Below, piece after piece: positions 1 to 8,635 of a stretch of 64,000 nucleotides of DNA. The notes under the pieces are model-generated. The model ran no database searches. It saw only the letters and a list, made by a program, of their open reading frames with translations, and was not told where the DNA came from. The position numbers and the translations under genes are program-made. Source of the stretch: an uncultured Candidatus Saccharibacteria bacterium (GTDB lineage: Bacteria > Patescibacteriota > WWE3 > UBA101185 > 2-01-FULL-41-18); assembly GCA_964636285.1 (NCBI GenBank), contig CAZWQF010000001.1:7048-71047 (forward strand), written 5' to 3'. The first letter of the stretch is position 1; every line of letters starts with the position of its first letter.

Positions 1-52
1 GAAAAGATTGGGAACTTATTTAACTGAGGTACAGTTGAGTATAGAACGCAAA

Positions 53-92
53 ACGGGCATCTCATCTCCTTTCGGTAAATGTGAATGCCCGT
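53..92 (-). terminator. GC-stem hairpin (acgggcat...atgcccgt) followed by T-tract on minus strand; member of 'aaaacgggc' hairpin family
   Basis: Inverted repeat 53-60/85-92 read directly; reverse complement gives stem-loop plus TTTT, downstream of minus-strand ORF 103-348. Confidence 0.6.
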
Positions 93-102
93 CACAAGAG
101 TC

Positions 103-348
103 TTAACCTTTCGGTTTTATTTTGAAACAGCCCAAAAGAAGCTTGATCACTTCAGGCTCGCGCCCTTGTGGCCACGACGCATCTTCCTTAACTGCTTGCT
201 TTGCTTGTTCTTCGAGCCAATCGAGCTCTTCGTCGGTCCAATAATCGACCACTGGTAAGAAATAGACAAAGAAAAAACCGTGCTCACATTCAATTGTTCC
301 ACTCAACATGCCGCTGCGCCCACTAGCTAGATGTTTTGAGTCTGCCAT
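103..348 (-). CDS. hypothetical protein, GC-rich compositional outlier (81 aa)
   Basis: ORF in six-frame track; local GC clearly higher than surrounding AT-rich DNA; followed by terminator hairpin. Confidence 0.4.
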   Translation of the reverse strand: MADSKHLASGRSGMLSGTIECEHGFFFVYFLPVVDYWTDEELDWLEEQAKQAVKEDASWPQGREPEVIKLLLGCFKIKPKG

Positions 349-522
349 GTTGTTCTCCTGATCAGACTTGCGATTCTAATGAATGTTCTGGGTATTGTAC
401 TTACTGTTAAAAGTATCGTCAAGTACTATGGGGTACTTACTCTAGTTGCTAGAAAACTCAATAATCCATTCGATTCCGAATTTGTCTCTAAACATCCCCG
501 CATAGGAACCCCATGGGCTGTT

Positions 523-768
523 TTAACTTTCATTTACTCGCCCCATAACTTCTGGAACATCGTTGGCAATAAGAAGTGTGGAAGCGCCTATAGGTAGGGC
601 AATATACATTATTTTATTTTCTTCTTTTTCTGAAGGTTGGAAGTCAGCGTTTGCAATATCTTTGAAACGCACTACTTTAGAAAACTCTCCGCCGAATACA
701 GATTTATAAAAAGTAAACGCCTTCTGCGCATTGCCGTTGAAATTTATCCAAGTATTTAATGTTGCCAT
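523..768 (-). CDS. VOC-superfamily PhnB-like protein, apparently truncated (81 aa)
   Basis: N-terminus 'NFNGNAQKAFTFYKSVFGGEF' matches PhnB/3-demethylubiquinone methyltransferase-like VOC domain; length about half of typical. Confidence 0.45.
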   Translation of the reverse strand: MATLNTWINFNGNAQKAFTFYKSVFGGEFSKVVRFKDIANADFQPSEKEENKIMYIALPIGASTLLIANDVPEVMGRVNES

Positions 769-877
769 TTGCTAATGATATCAAATGAAGGGAGTAACAA
801 TAAACTGATTTTTGGCTTCCTCCACTTTGGTGGAAGTAGGAACTTTTGTTTTTAGTATTTGGAAATTAGATAACAAA

Positions 878-926
878 ACGGGCACCAGTCAGAAGTTGGG
901 GATACTGTACTTCTGAAGGTGCCCGT
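878..926 (-). terminator. GC-stem hairpin of the 'aaaacgggc' family (acgggcacc-agt-cagaag...cttctg-aa-ggtgcccgt)
   Basis: Nested inverted repeats read directly; downstream of minus-strand ORF 965-1513; preceded by AAAA on plus strand = T-tract on minus. Confidence 0.6.
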
Positions 927-964
927 TGAATCTTAAGCAGATTCACGCTAAGGGTAGTGCGTGA

Positions 965-1513
965 TCAGCGCATTGCGAAGATGGTCGCTCCCAAGCTGAC
1001 CGTGATGAGAGGGTCTTCGTCTTGCGGGATGGGGATACCCAGCTCCACGAACCGAGTGTGCACCGCTTTGCAGACCGGGCATTTCTCGGTGTGACGGAGC
1101 CAGTCTCCCCAGGAGACAACGCTCGGGTCCGGCCCAAACGCTTCCGCGAGGAGGTGGTTGGAGACCTGCGTCACATCCATGTGGGCGATCAGTTCATAGA
1201 CCCCTGTGGGGATGGGAAAACGCGTCTCGTCCACGTGGATCCAGATCCCGCCCGCCAGCGTGTAGATGTCCACGTGCTCGAGGGCCGTCTCCTTCCCGAT
1301 GTACGCCTTCGGCGCTTCGGAGCTGGAGAGGACCGGGATGTCGATCGAGGACTTGGAGACGTATGCCTTGACCCAGTCGATGACGGCCTTCACATACTCG
1401 TCCCCCTTCTGCTCGTCACCGGCCCAGATGTCCAGTTGGAGCAGGTCGTGGCCGAGGTCGCGCAAATTCTGCTCATTGTCCATACCCGCGTGGAAATAAA
1501 CTGCGTATGACAT
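965..1513 (-). CDS. hypothetical protein, GC-rich (~60% GC) compositional outlier (183 aa)
   Basis: ORF; Shine-Dalgarno AAGGAG 7 nt upstream of ATG (MSYAVYF...); composition foreign to the AT-rich background. Confidence 0.5.
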   Translation of the reverse strand: MSYAVYFHAGMDNEQNLRDLGHDLLQLDIWAGDEQKGDEYVKAVIDWVKAYVSKSSIDIPVLSSSEAPKAYIGKETALEHVDIYTLAGGIWIHVDETRFPIPTGVYELIAHMDVTQVSNHLLAEAFGPDPSVVSWGDWLRHTEKCPVCKAVHTRFVELGIPIPQDEDPLITVSLGATIFAMR

Positions 1514-1654
1514 GTCAATGCTCCTTGGCAAAAGCCACTAATTTGGATGCGCGTATTATAGGTTATTTAATAAATAAAGTCAAACTATAGGTCTTATAGC
1601 TCCCATAGTGGATGAGGTTAAAATTTTTATAGCTCAGCATTGATATTAATTGAA

Positions 1655-1702
1655 CAAAACGGGCACCCTCATATCCTTTCGGAAAATGTGAATGCCCGTT
1701 GT
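1655..1702 (-). terminator. GC-stem hairpin nearly identical to copy at 53-92 (aaaacgggcaccctcatatcctttcggaaaatgtgaatgcccgt)
   Basis: Direct sequence comparison with 51-92; loop 'ctcatatcctttcgg(a/t)aaatgtga' conserved. Confidence 0.6.
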
Positions 1703-1757
1703 AGCTTTTTTATCCCCAAAGGGAAAGGTATAACTACCTACCTTGTGCAGAGTGCTC

Positions 1758-2048
1758 TCAGCCGCGGTTTATCCTCACGGAATTCCCGCTTCCTTGCACC
1801 ACGATGTTGCCATGTCCCCTTACCTGCAAAGGGCCGGACAAGGCTCCCATCTGCAACGTGGCTCCCGGTACAAACGAAGTGCTGCAGTGCTTGCAGCGGA
1901 GAACTTCGCTTGTCCAAGACTGGAGGATGACGATGGTGTCACCCGAGACTAAGAAGTGTGAGCCTTTTTTCTCATTTGGTAACTCAACTTCCCCTCCGCA
2001 CTGCGAACACTTAGCAGGCACAAAGCCTGCATCCGTAATGTCTGGCAT
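1758..2048 (-). CDS. hypothetical zinc-ribbon protein (CxxC...CxxC), GC-rich outlier (~96 aa)
   Basis: ORF with SD AGGAG 7 nt upstream of ATG (MPDITDAG...); CSQCGG and CKHC motifs. Confidence 0.45.
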   Translation of the reverse strand: MPDITDAGFVPAKCSQCGGEVELPNEKKGSHFLVSGDTIVILQSWTSEVLRCKHCSTSFVPGATLQMGALSGPLQVRGHGNIVVQGSGNSVRINRG

Positions 2049-2170
2049 GTAATATCTCCTGAGTCCTGAATAGTGAATTTGCAAAATTATAATATATTTA
2101 AGAGTAGTTGTAAAACTATAGGCCTCCTATTTTCAATGGAAACCTACAGAGCTTTGTTTGTTTGGTCACC

Positions 2171-2644
2171 TTAACTGATTTCCTCAGGTGATAATATTCG
2201 TAGCGTTTTCTGTATAGCAGGTAAATGCTCTGTTTCCCAATGCCAAATGTCATCTTCCAAAAATCTATAAGCTGTCTGATCTTTTCTGGTTTTCCATACA
2301 GGAACTTCCCAAAGATTTTCAGGCAAAGTTTCATACATACTTAGAAGAGTATTTCCTAAAGTAATGAATTCTTTGTACACTTCTTCCCAGCTTCTATTCT
2401 TTCTCATCTCAATCCCTTTAGAATTAAATGCATCAACATCCGGTTCCCAATAGGGCTCTTTGCCTTCTTTTAAAGCTGATAAGCAATCAATATCGTGTAC
2501 CATCCAGTTGCTTAAATGAGCAACTATATCTTTTAAATTCCAAGTATCAAATAAAGTAGTTAATCTTTGGTTTTCAGGAAATTTATCGATTGTGGATATA
2601 AGGTTTTGTTTAACTTGCTTTAATTCAGCGATTTTTTCTTGCAT
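2171..2644 (-). CDS. ClbS/DfsB-family (DUF1706-like) four-helix-bundle protein
   Basis: 157-aa ORF; overall similarity pattern to ClbS/DfsB family recalled from memory, not verified. Confidence 0.4.
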   Translation of the reverse strand: MQEKIAELKQVKQNLISTIDKFPENQRLTTLFDTWNLKDIVAHLSNWMVHDIDCLSALKEGKEPYWEPDVDAFNSKGIEMRKNRSWEEVYKEFITLGNTLLSMYETLPENLWEVPVWKTRKDQTAYRFLEDDIWHWETEHLPAIQKTLRILSPEEIS

Positions 2645-2684
2645 CTACCGAATTATACTTCACATGAAGCGTGGTTAGAACTTT

Positions 2685-3068
2685 TGGCTCCGACGGTAGG
2701 ATTCGAACCTACAACCATCTCCTTACACCTTACCCCATTGTTTCCATTGGGAGTGGACTATATCATCACCTTATTCGTTTTAAGAATTTAGGTGTCGGGC
2801 GCTTAGTCTCTGAACCTTCCACAAAGAAAGTCTTCACCTTCTAGGGGCTTGGCTGCGAATTACCATACTAGATTGTGCTTACTAGCGTAGGCTTTTCGAC
2901 AATTCACCCGATTTTCACTTGTGGATTTCTCCACAAGGCTGCAGTAAACCTCCATGAATTTCTCTATGACAATTTGCACAAACAAGAATTTATAAGTTCT
3001 TGGACATAAAGATTCATGAGGTTGTCAATGTGCCACAGGGAGCCGCGCTACCGTTGCGCTACGTCGGA
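2685..3068 (-). tRNA. tRNA gene interrupted by ~309-nt group I intron in the anticodon loop; anticodon tentatively UGU (Thr). Exon 1 is 3037-3068, exon 2 is 2685-2727
   Basis: Minus-strand read: 5' exon tccgacg-ta-GCGCaacggtaGCGC-g-gctcc-ct; 3' exon tgtaa-ggaga-tggtt-gtaggTTCGAATcctac-cgtcgga-g-CCA; intron contains group I R element GGTTCAGAGACTAAG, S element GATATAGTCC, AGCCAAGCC motif and terminal G. Confidence 0.6.
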
Positions 3069-3217
3069 ATATGCCAGCTTTTTTCAAAGCAAGGGAATTT
3101 TAGCTTATTAGGACGGTGTTTTCAACAGAGATTTAATAAGAGTAGATCAAAGAATTTTAAATATGTTTAATGAAGCGAAAGGCGACGGGCTTAGGCAAAA
3201 AGCCCGTCGCTTTGAAG

Positions 3218-3445
3218 TCACGAGTGTGCCAGCGAAAAATAGTACTCTGGAAAGAGCGCTCTTGCCGTATCTTTTGCGCGCTTGATTCTTACTCCTTCCA
3301 TTACTTGAACAATCGTTTCAGGAGTTACCTTGTCGCGCGCGTTTGGGTCTATCGTTACCTTTATTAGCTTTTTTGAGGTTGGATCCCAAACTCCGTACCC
3401 AAGTCGGACTCGCTGGCCTGTCCAAAGGTTTACTGCAACTTTCAT
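3218..3445 (-). CDS. hypothetical small protein (75 aa)
   Basis: ORF only. Confidence 0.3.
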   Translation of the reverse strand: MKVAVNLWTGQRVRLGYGVWDPTSKKLIKVTIDPNARDKVTPETIVQVMEGVRIKRAKDTARALFPEYYFSLAHS

Positions 3446-3463
3446 ATCACACCCACCTCTGAG

Positions 3464-3769
3464 TCAGCTTTTGGTGCAATTGATTCTGACCTCTTTGCTT
3501 CTGGCTTTTGGCTCAGCGTGTTCTAGCACGGTGAACTGCTGCCGAGGAGAGGGGGAGCCAATAGGGGCCAAGCCGATTTTTTGGCCTTTCTCAAAAGTCC
3601 TGGGTTCGTCCAGCTTGGCGACGATCGCGTAGAATGACCCCAGGTTTGGTGAGTTTCTGTCTGTGGCCCGTCCCGTTCCAATTCGTTTCCATTCCCCTTC
3701 GATAAGGATAAGTAGGTCCATGTGCCGTTCCTTTCTCCTGTCTGATTTTGTCTCAGAATTATTACTCAC
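3464..3769 (-). CDS. hypothetical protein (101 aa)
   Basis: ORF only; moderately GC-enriched. Confidence 0.3.
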   Translation of the reverse strand: MSNNSETKSDRRKERHMDLLILIEGEWKRIGTGRATDRNSPNLGSFYAIVAKLDEPRTFEKGQKIGLAPIGSPSPRQQFTVLEHAEPKARSKEVRINCTKS

Positions 3770-3927
3770 AATCGTCTTTATTGCAAACTTAATTATTCCT
3801 TTTACCTACAAATAAAAAGCCTCTTACATTTTCTTAAAAATTATTCAAAAAACCATTGCAATCCGTTCCCCAATAATTTATATTTTGGGAGTTAGAAGTT
3901 CTAACAATCCCTGCCCCTCCCAGAATT

Positions 3928-4506
3928 ATGATTCTATCTGATAGAGATTTACTCACAGAGATTAAGTCGGGGAGGCTATCTCTTACACCCTTTAATAAAA
4001 GCCATGTTCAACCGGCTAGCATCGACCTCCTTTTGGATTACGAATTTAAAGTCTTTAAAAACTTCATTAAGCCTTATCTTGATCTAAAAGAGCCCGTTTC
4101 TGACTATATGCAAACTGTAAAAATTAAAAAAGATGAGCCATTAATTGTTCATCCAAGAGAATTTGTTTTAGGTACTAGTATTGAATATGTAAAAATACCA
4201 AATAATCTGCTAGCTAGGCTTGAAGGAAAAAGCAGTCTTGGAAGACTTGGACTTATTGTTCATGCCACTGCAGGTTTTATTGATCCAGGTTTTGAAGGTC
4301 AGATTACATATGAGATCACAAATCTTTCAAATATTCCTCTCGCAATCTACGGAGGCATAAAAGTAGCTCAGATGTCGGTTCACACTTTATCAAGCTCTGT
4401 ATTAACCCCTTATGGAGCAAAATCCCTTAACAGTAAATATTTAAAGCAAAAAGGACCAACACCAAGCAAAATGCATTTGAACTTTAAAAAGAATAAGGAT
4501 GTGTAA
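3928..4506 (+). CDS. dcd: dCTP deaminase
   Basis: MILSDRDL... N-terminus and GKSSLGRLGLIVHATAGFIDPGFEG motif typical of Dcd/dUTPase-fold deaminases. Confidence 0.85.
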   Translation: MILSDRDLLTEIKSGRLSLTPFNKSHVQPASIDLLLDYEFKVFKNFIKPYLDLKEPVSDYMQTVKIKKDEPLIVHPREFVLGTSIEYVKIPNNLLARLEGKSSLGRLGLIVHATAGFIDPGFEGQITYEITNLSNIPLAIYGGIKVAQMSVHTLSSSVLTPYGAKSLNSKYLKQKGPTPSKMHLNFKKNKDV

Positions 4507-6124
4507 GATGTTTACAAAAGATGAGAGGCAAAAGTTATCATATTTTTTTACTTCCCTTGATAAAGATGTTTTTGTATTAACCAACCTTCCTGAAATTTTA
4601 AAAGGAGCTTTGTTTTCGCGTTACAGTAGGTCCACAAAACCTCTAAGACAATTATTTCTAGATGAATATTTAAAAAATGAAGAGCTGGGGATTGATAATA
4701 CTGCCCTTTCCCAGACCTCTTTTGACTCGTCAAAAATATTAGCAACTGAAAAAGCGGAAAAGTTTTTCTCAAAGTGGCTTGCAGAATATGGGGATGACTC
4801 TATAGCAGAGCTTGGTGGGGTTCATGTTGGGGTAGAAAATGTAAGTGTCCTTGCAACAAAATCAATGGAAGACAGACGCGTTGGTGTTTCTCCGCTTGAA
4901 AAATCCACTAGATATGTTCGTTTTGATGACAAGGTTAATGGAAAATACAGATTTTATTTTGACAAAAAGATAGAAGCCTCAAAATTTAATTCTCTTTACG
5001 AGAAAACAATGAACGTACTTTTTGACACATACTCTGAGCTTTTAGATCCTATGATGGAGTATTTTAGAACAAAGTTTAAAAAGCCAGAAGATGCTTCAGA
5101 AAAAGCTTATGAGGCCTCAATCAGAGCAAAGGCTTGCGACACTTTAAGAGGATTATTACCTTTATCTACACTTACAAACATGGGGCTTTTTGCAAACGGG
5201 CGTGCATATGAATATATGCTCACAAAGATGTTTGCAGGCACTCTTACAGAAACAAATAGTCTCGCACAGAATATTTATACAGAGCTTGATAAAGTTATCC
5301 ATAATTTTATAGAAAGAATAAAAACTGAAAAAGGAGAGAACTATGTCAAGTATTTAATTGAAACACATAACTTGATAGAAAGCCTTTCTAAAAAGGTGGA
5401 TAAGAAAACTATTTCCAAAGTTGATTCTAATCCAAAACCTCAAGTAGTTTTAGTTGATTTTGATAAAAATGCTGAAGAAAAACTTTGTGCCTCTATTTTA
5501 TTTTCGGTTTCAAATAAACCTCTTAAAAGTTTACTTAGTCTTTCAAAAAAACTTGGCAAAAAGAAAAGAACAGAACTTATAAAAGCTTATGTAGAAAAGA
5601 GGGTAGGCAGATGGAATAAAGTTGGAAGATCCTTTGAAGAGCCCTACTTTCATTTTGAGATAGTCTCAGACTTTGGGGCATATAAAGATCTTGAGAGGCA
5701 TAGAGTACTAACCCAGGATAAGCAGCTCTTTAGTTGTGATCTTGGATATGATATGCCACAAGAAATCAAAGATGCAGGGTTTGAACATAAATACAAAAAG
5801 GCAATGGATTTTGCAAAAAGCACTTTTGTAAAAATATCTGCAAAGTTTCCTCTTGAAGCCCAGTATATTGTAACTCATGGTTATAAGGTTAGATACAGAA
5901 TGAAGATGAACCTTAGAGAAGCATTTCACTTATGCGAATTAAGAAGCTCTCCACAGGGACACCCTGGTTACAGGTTTATTGCGCAAGAAATGTATAAAAG
6001 AATAAAAGAAGCATACCCACTTTTTGGAGAGGTTATGAAGTATGTAAACATGGAAAGCCCAGGTCTTGAAAGACTTTCTTCAGAAGTAAGAAAGGAGGAA
6101 AAGCTGAAAAAGCTTCATAGTTAA
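4499..6124 (+). CDS. thyX: FAD-dependent thymidylate synthase ThyX-like, unusually long (541 aa; apparent internal duplication or large insertion)
   Basis: N-half has ThyX-like ARVS-type start (ALFSRYSRS) and DRRVGVSPLEKSTRY (RHR-x7-S-like motif); C-half has ERHRVLTQ and NLREAFHLCELRSSPQ matching the ThyX C-terminal block. Confidence 0.55.
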   Translation: MCKMFTKDERQKLSYFFTSLDKDVFVLTNLPEILKGALFSRYSRSTKPLRQLFLDEYLKNEELGIDNTALSQTSFDSSKILATEKAEKFFSKWLAEYGDDSIAELGGVHVGVENVSVLATKSMEDRRVGVSPLEKSTRYVRFDDKVNGKYRFYFDKKIEASKFNSLYEKTMNVLFDTYSELLDPMMEYFRTKFKKPEDASEKAYEASIRAKACDTLRGLLPLSTLTNMGLFANGRAYEYMLTKMFAGTLTETNSLAQNIYTELDKVIHNFIERIKTEKGENYVKYLIETHNLIESLSKKVDKKTISKVDSNPKPQVVLVDFDKNAEEKLCASILFSVSNKPLKSLLSLSKKLGKKKRTELIKAYVEKRVGRWNKVGRSFEEPYFHFEIVSDFGAYKDLERHRVLTQDKQLFSCDLGYDMPQEIKDAGFEHKYKKAMDFAKSTFVKISAKFPLEAQYIVTHGYKVRYRMKMNLREAFHLCELRSSPQGHPGYRFIAQEMYKRIKEAYPLFGEVMKYVNMESPGLERLSSEVRKEEKLKKLHS

Positions 6125-6125
6125 T

Positions 6126-7466
6126 ATGCCAGTTAATAATAAATATTTAAAAAAAATGGATTCCCAAATACATAAATTGATTGAGCAAGAAACAAAAAGA
6201 CAGGTAGAAGGCCTTGAGATGATTCCATCGGAAAACTATGTAAGCAGGGCTGTTCTTGATGCTATGGGGTCAGTTCTAACAAATAAATACTCGGAAGGGT
6301 ACCCTGGAAAAAGATACTATGGTGGAAATGAATACATTGACCAAATTGAAAACCTTGCGATTGAGAGAGCAAAAGAATTATTTAAAGTTCCATATGCAAA
6401 TGTGCAACCGTATTCAGGAAGTCCAGCAAACCAGGCAGTTTGTCTTGCACTAATAAATCCAGGAGATTTGATAATGGGAATGAGTCTTTATGATGGCGGC
6501 CACTTAACACATGGGTGGAAGGTTAGTTTTAGTGGAATATATTATAAAAGTATCTCTTATCATGTTACAACTCAAGGCGCAGTAGACTTTGCTGAAGTAA
6601 TAAAACTTGCCAAAGAGTTTAAGCCAAAACTTATTTGGGTTGGAGGCTCCGCCTATACAAAGGAGTATGAATTTGAGTTATTTTCAAAAATTGCAGATGA
6701 GATTGGAGCTTATCTTGTTGCTGATATAGCGCATGTAGCAGGTTTAGTTGTAGCAGGGGTTCACAAAAGCCCCGCTCCGTTTGCGCATGTAATCACTACC
6801 ACAACTCATAAAACGTTAAGAGGTCCAAGAGGTGCAATAATAATGGTTACCAAAAAAGGAATTAAAAAGGATTTACAAATTTGCCAAAAAATAGATAAAG
6901 CAGTTTTCCCAGGTCTCCAAGGAGGTCCTCACAACCATACAACAGCAGGAGTTGCTGTTGCTTTAAAGGAGGCGTCAACAGACAAGTTTAAAAAATACGG
7001 TAAGCAAATTGTTAAGAATGCAAAAGTGTTATCTAAGGCTTTAAAAAGACACGGTTTTAATCTTGTTGGAGGCATTACAGAAAATCACTTAATCCTCATC
7101 AATTTATCCTCAACAAATGGGGTAGGGAGTGGGTACTTTGCGCAGGAGGTTTTATCCGTTGCAGGTATTACTGTTAATAAAAACACAGTTCCTTCGGAGC
7201 CTTCATCCTCCTATTATCCTTCTGGGATCAGGCTTGGAACACCAGCACTGACCTCAAGAGGAATGGCAGCAGACGAGATGGAAAAAATTGCAGATTTTAT
7301 TTATCAAGCTTTAAGTACAGTTCAGATAAAAAGTCTCCCACAAGATAAAGATGAAAGAGCACTTTTTGTCAAAGAATTTAAAAGTAAAATATCAAGAAAC
7401 AAGGAGCTCCATAAGATTAGAACTGAAGTTAAAAAACTGTGCAAAAAGTTTCCTATTCGTATCTAA
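6126..7466 (+). CDS. glyA: serine hydroxymethyltransferase
   Basis: MIPSENYVSRAVLDAMGSVLTNKYSEGYPGKRYYGG; PLP-lysine region TTTHKTLRGPRG. Confidence 0.9.
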   Translation: MPVNNKYLKKMDSQIHKLIEQETKRQVEGLEMIPSENYVSRAVLDAMGSVLTNKYSEGYPGKRYYGGNEYIDQIENLAIERAKELFKVPYANVQPYSGSPANQAVCLALINPGDLIMGMSLYDGGHLTHGWKVSFSGIYYKSISYHVTTQGAVDFAEVIKLAKEFKPKLIWVGGSAYTKEYEFELFSKIADEIGAYLVADIAHVAGLVVAGVHKSPAPFAHVITTTTHKTLRGPRGAIIMVTKKGIKKDLQICQKIDKAVFPGLQGGPHNHTTAGVAVALKEASTDKFKKYGKQIVKNAKVLSKALKRHGFNLVGGITENHLILINLSSTNGVGSGYFAQEVLSVAGITVNKNTVPSEPSSSYYPSGIRLGTPALTSRGMAADEMEKIADFIYQALSTVQIKSLPQDKDERALFVKEFKSKISRNKELHKIRTEVKKLCKKFPIRI

Positions 7467-8634
7467 GAGCTTCTATTGGCGAAAGCTTTGACGCCCTGAT
7501 TGCCGGAGTAATTCCAAAAACAATTCCAATCAATGCAGAAACTCCAAAAGATAAAAATACAAAGAAGTAATTAATTTCTGTTGCTAAGAAGTTATTAATA
7601 ATTAACGAAGCCCCCATTCCAACAAGAACTCCAATTAAACCTCCTATCAAACTTAGCACAACAGCCTCAATCAAAAATTGAATAAGAATATCAGATCTTC
7701 TTGCCCCTAAGGCTTTCCTAAGGCCTATTTCCCGTGTCCTTTCCGTTACGGAAACAAGCATAATATTCATAATCCCTACACCTCCAACTAAGAGCGAAAT
7801 AGCTGCAATGCCGCCTAGCCCTGTTGATAAAACTCCAAGGATTCTGTTTACAAGATTCATTGTTTCTTCCTGTGTGTAAATTTTAAAGCTATCTTTTACA
7901 TCAATTTGTCTATCAAGTACTTTTTGAACTTTATCTTTAACATCGTTAATATCTTTACCTTCTTGAGTTTTTATATAGAAAAAAGATGGCTTGTCCACTC
8001 CCAAAAGTTTTTTTGCAGACACCGAAGGCATAATTACTATATTGTCTTGGTCCTGCCCAAAAATACTTCCTCTTTTTGCTTGGACTCCTATAACCTTGTA
8101 TTTTTTGTCTTTAATTATTACTTCCTTTCCAAGCGGATTTACATTTGGGAAAAGTTTATCTTTTAAAGTAATTCCTATGACGGCAACATCTCCTCCTTCG
8201 TCTTTTGAAAATGGTCTACCTTGTGCAACAGAAATATTTAATGCCCTAAAATAATTTCCCGTTACGGCCATGATTATTGTTCCGGTTACTTCCTTATTTT
8301 TATATTCCGTAGTGCTTCTTGCTTGAATTCCGGGAATTACTTCTGTGACTTCAGGAACTCTTTGCTCTATTAAATCAGCGTACTCAAATCTAAATCTATT
8401 TACCGCAACCTCATCGGGACCTCCGCCTTCGCCGTTACCTGGAAACACAGAAAGAAGATTTGCCCCAAAGCTATTGAGCTCGTTTCTAATTGTTTTTCCA
8501 AGGCCAGAAACAATTGAAACAAGAATAATAACCGCCGCAACTCCAATGATCATTCCTATCATAGTTAAAATCGATCTAGCTTTATTTAATTTGATAGCCC
8601 TTAATGCAAGCCTTAAAATCTGAAAAACATCCAT
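7453..8634 (-). CDS. ABC transporter permease, MacB/FtsX family
   Basis: N-terminal TM, large periplasmic MacB-like domain, C-terminal FtsX-like 3-TM bundle. Confidence 0.75.
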   Translation of the reverse strand: MDVFQILRLALRAIKLNKARSILTMIGMIIGVAAVIILVSIVSGLGKTIRNELNSFGANLLSVFPGNGEGGGPDEVAVNRFRFEYADLIEQRVPEVTEVIPGIQARSTTEYKNKEVTGTIIMAVTGNYFRALNISVAQGRPFSKDEGGDVAVIGITLKDKLFPNVNPLGKEVIIKDKKYKVIGVQAKRGSIFGQDQDNIVIMPSVSAKKLLGVDKPSFFYIKTQEGKDINDVKDKVQKVLDRQIDVKDSFKIYTQEETMNLVNRILGVLSTGLGGIAAISLLVGGVGIMNIMLVSVTERTREIGLRKALGARRSDILIQFLIEAVVLSLIGGLIGVLVGMGASLIINNFLATEINYFFVFLSFGVSALIGIVFGITPAIRASKLSPIEALRYE

Positions 8635-8635
8635 T

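Noticed and set aside
1022-1510. Plus-strand 162-aa ORF and other long antisense ORFs (8604-9047, 9323-9721, 27016-27354, 46289-46904, 50334-50687, 54631-54846, 55099-56844)
   Set aside because: They fully overlap well-supported genes on the opposite strand and have low-complexity or atypical composition. They are shadow ORFs.
51-1702. Integron attC sites separating the GC-rich cassettes
   Set aside because: The hairpins lack R''/R' core sites (RYYYAAC/GTTRRRY) at both ends. They are a stem plus T-tract on the coding strand of the upstream gene, which is a canonical intrinsic terminator geometry. No intI gene is present.
2685-3068. tmRNA (ssrA) interpretation of the ~385-nt element with a tRNA-like T-arm/CCA end
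   Set aside because: The 5' part has a full tRNA D-stem/loop and anticodon stem, which tmRNA lacks. The internal sequence carries group I intron R/S core motifs. No plausible ANDENYALAA-type tag ORF was found. It is therefore called an intron-containing tRNA.
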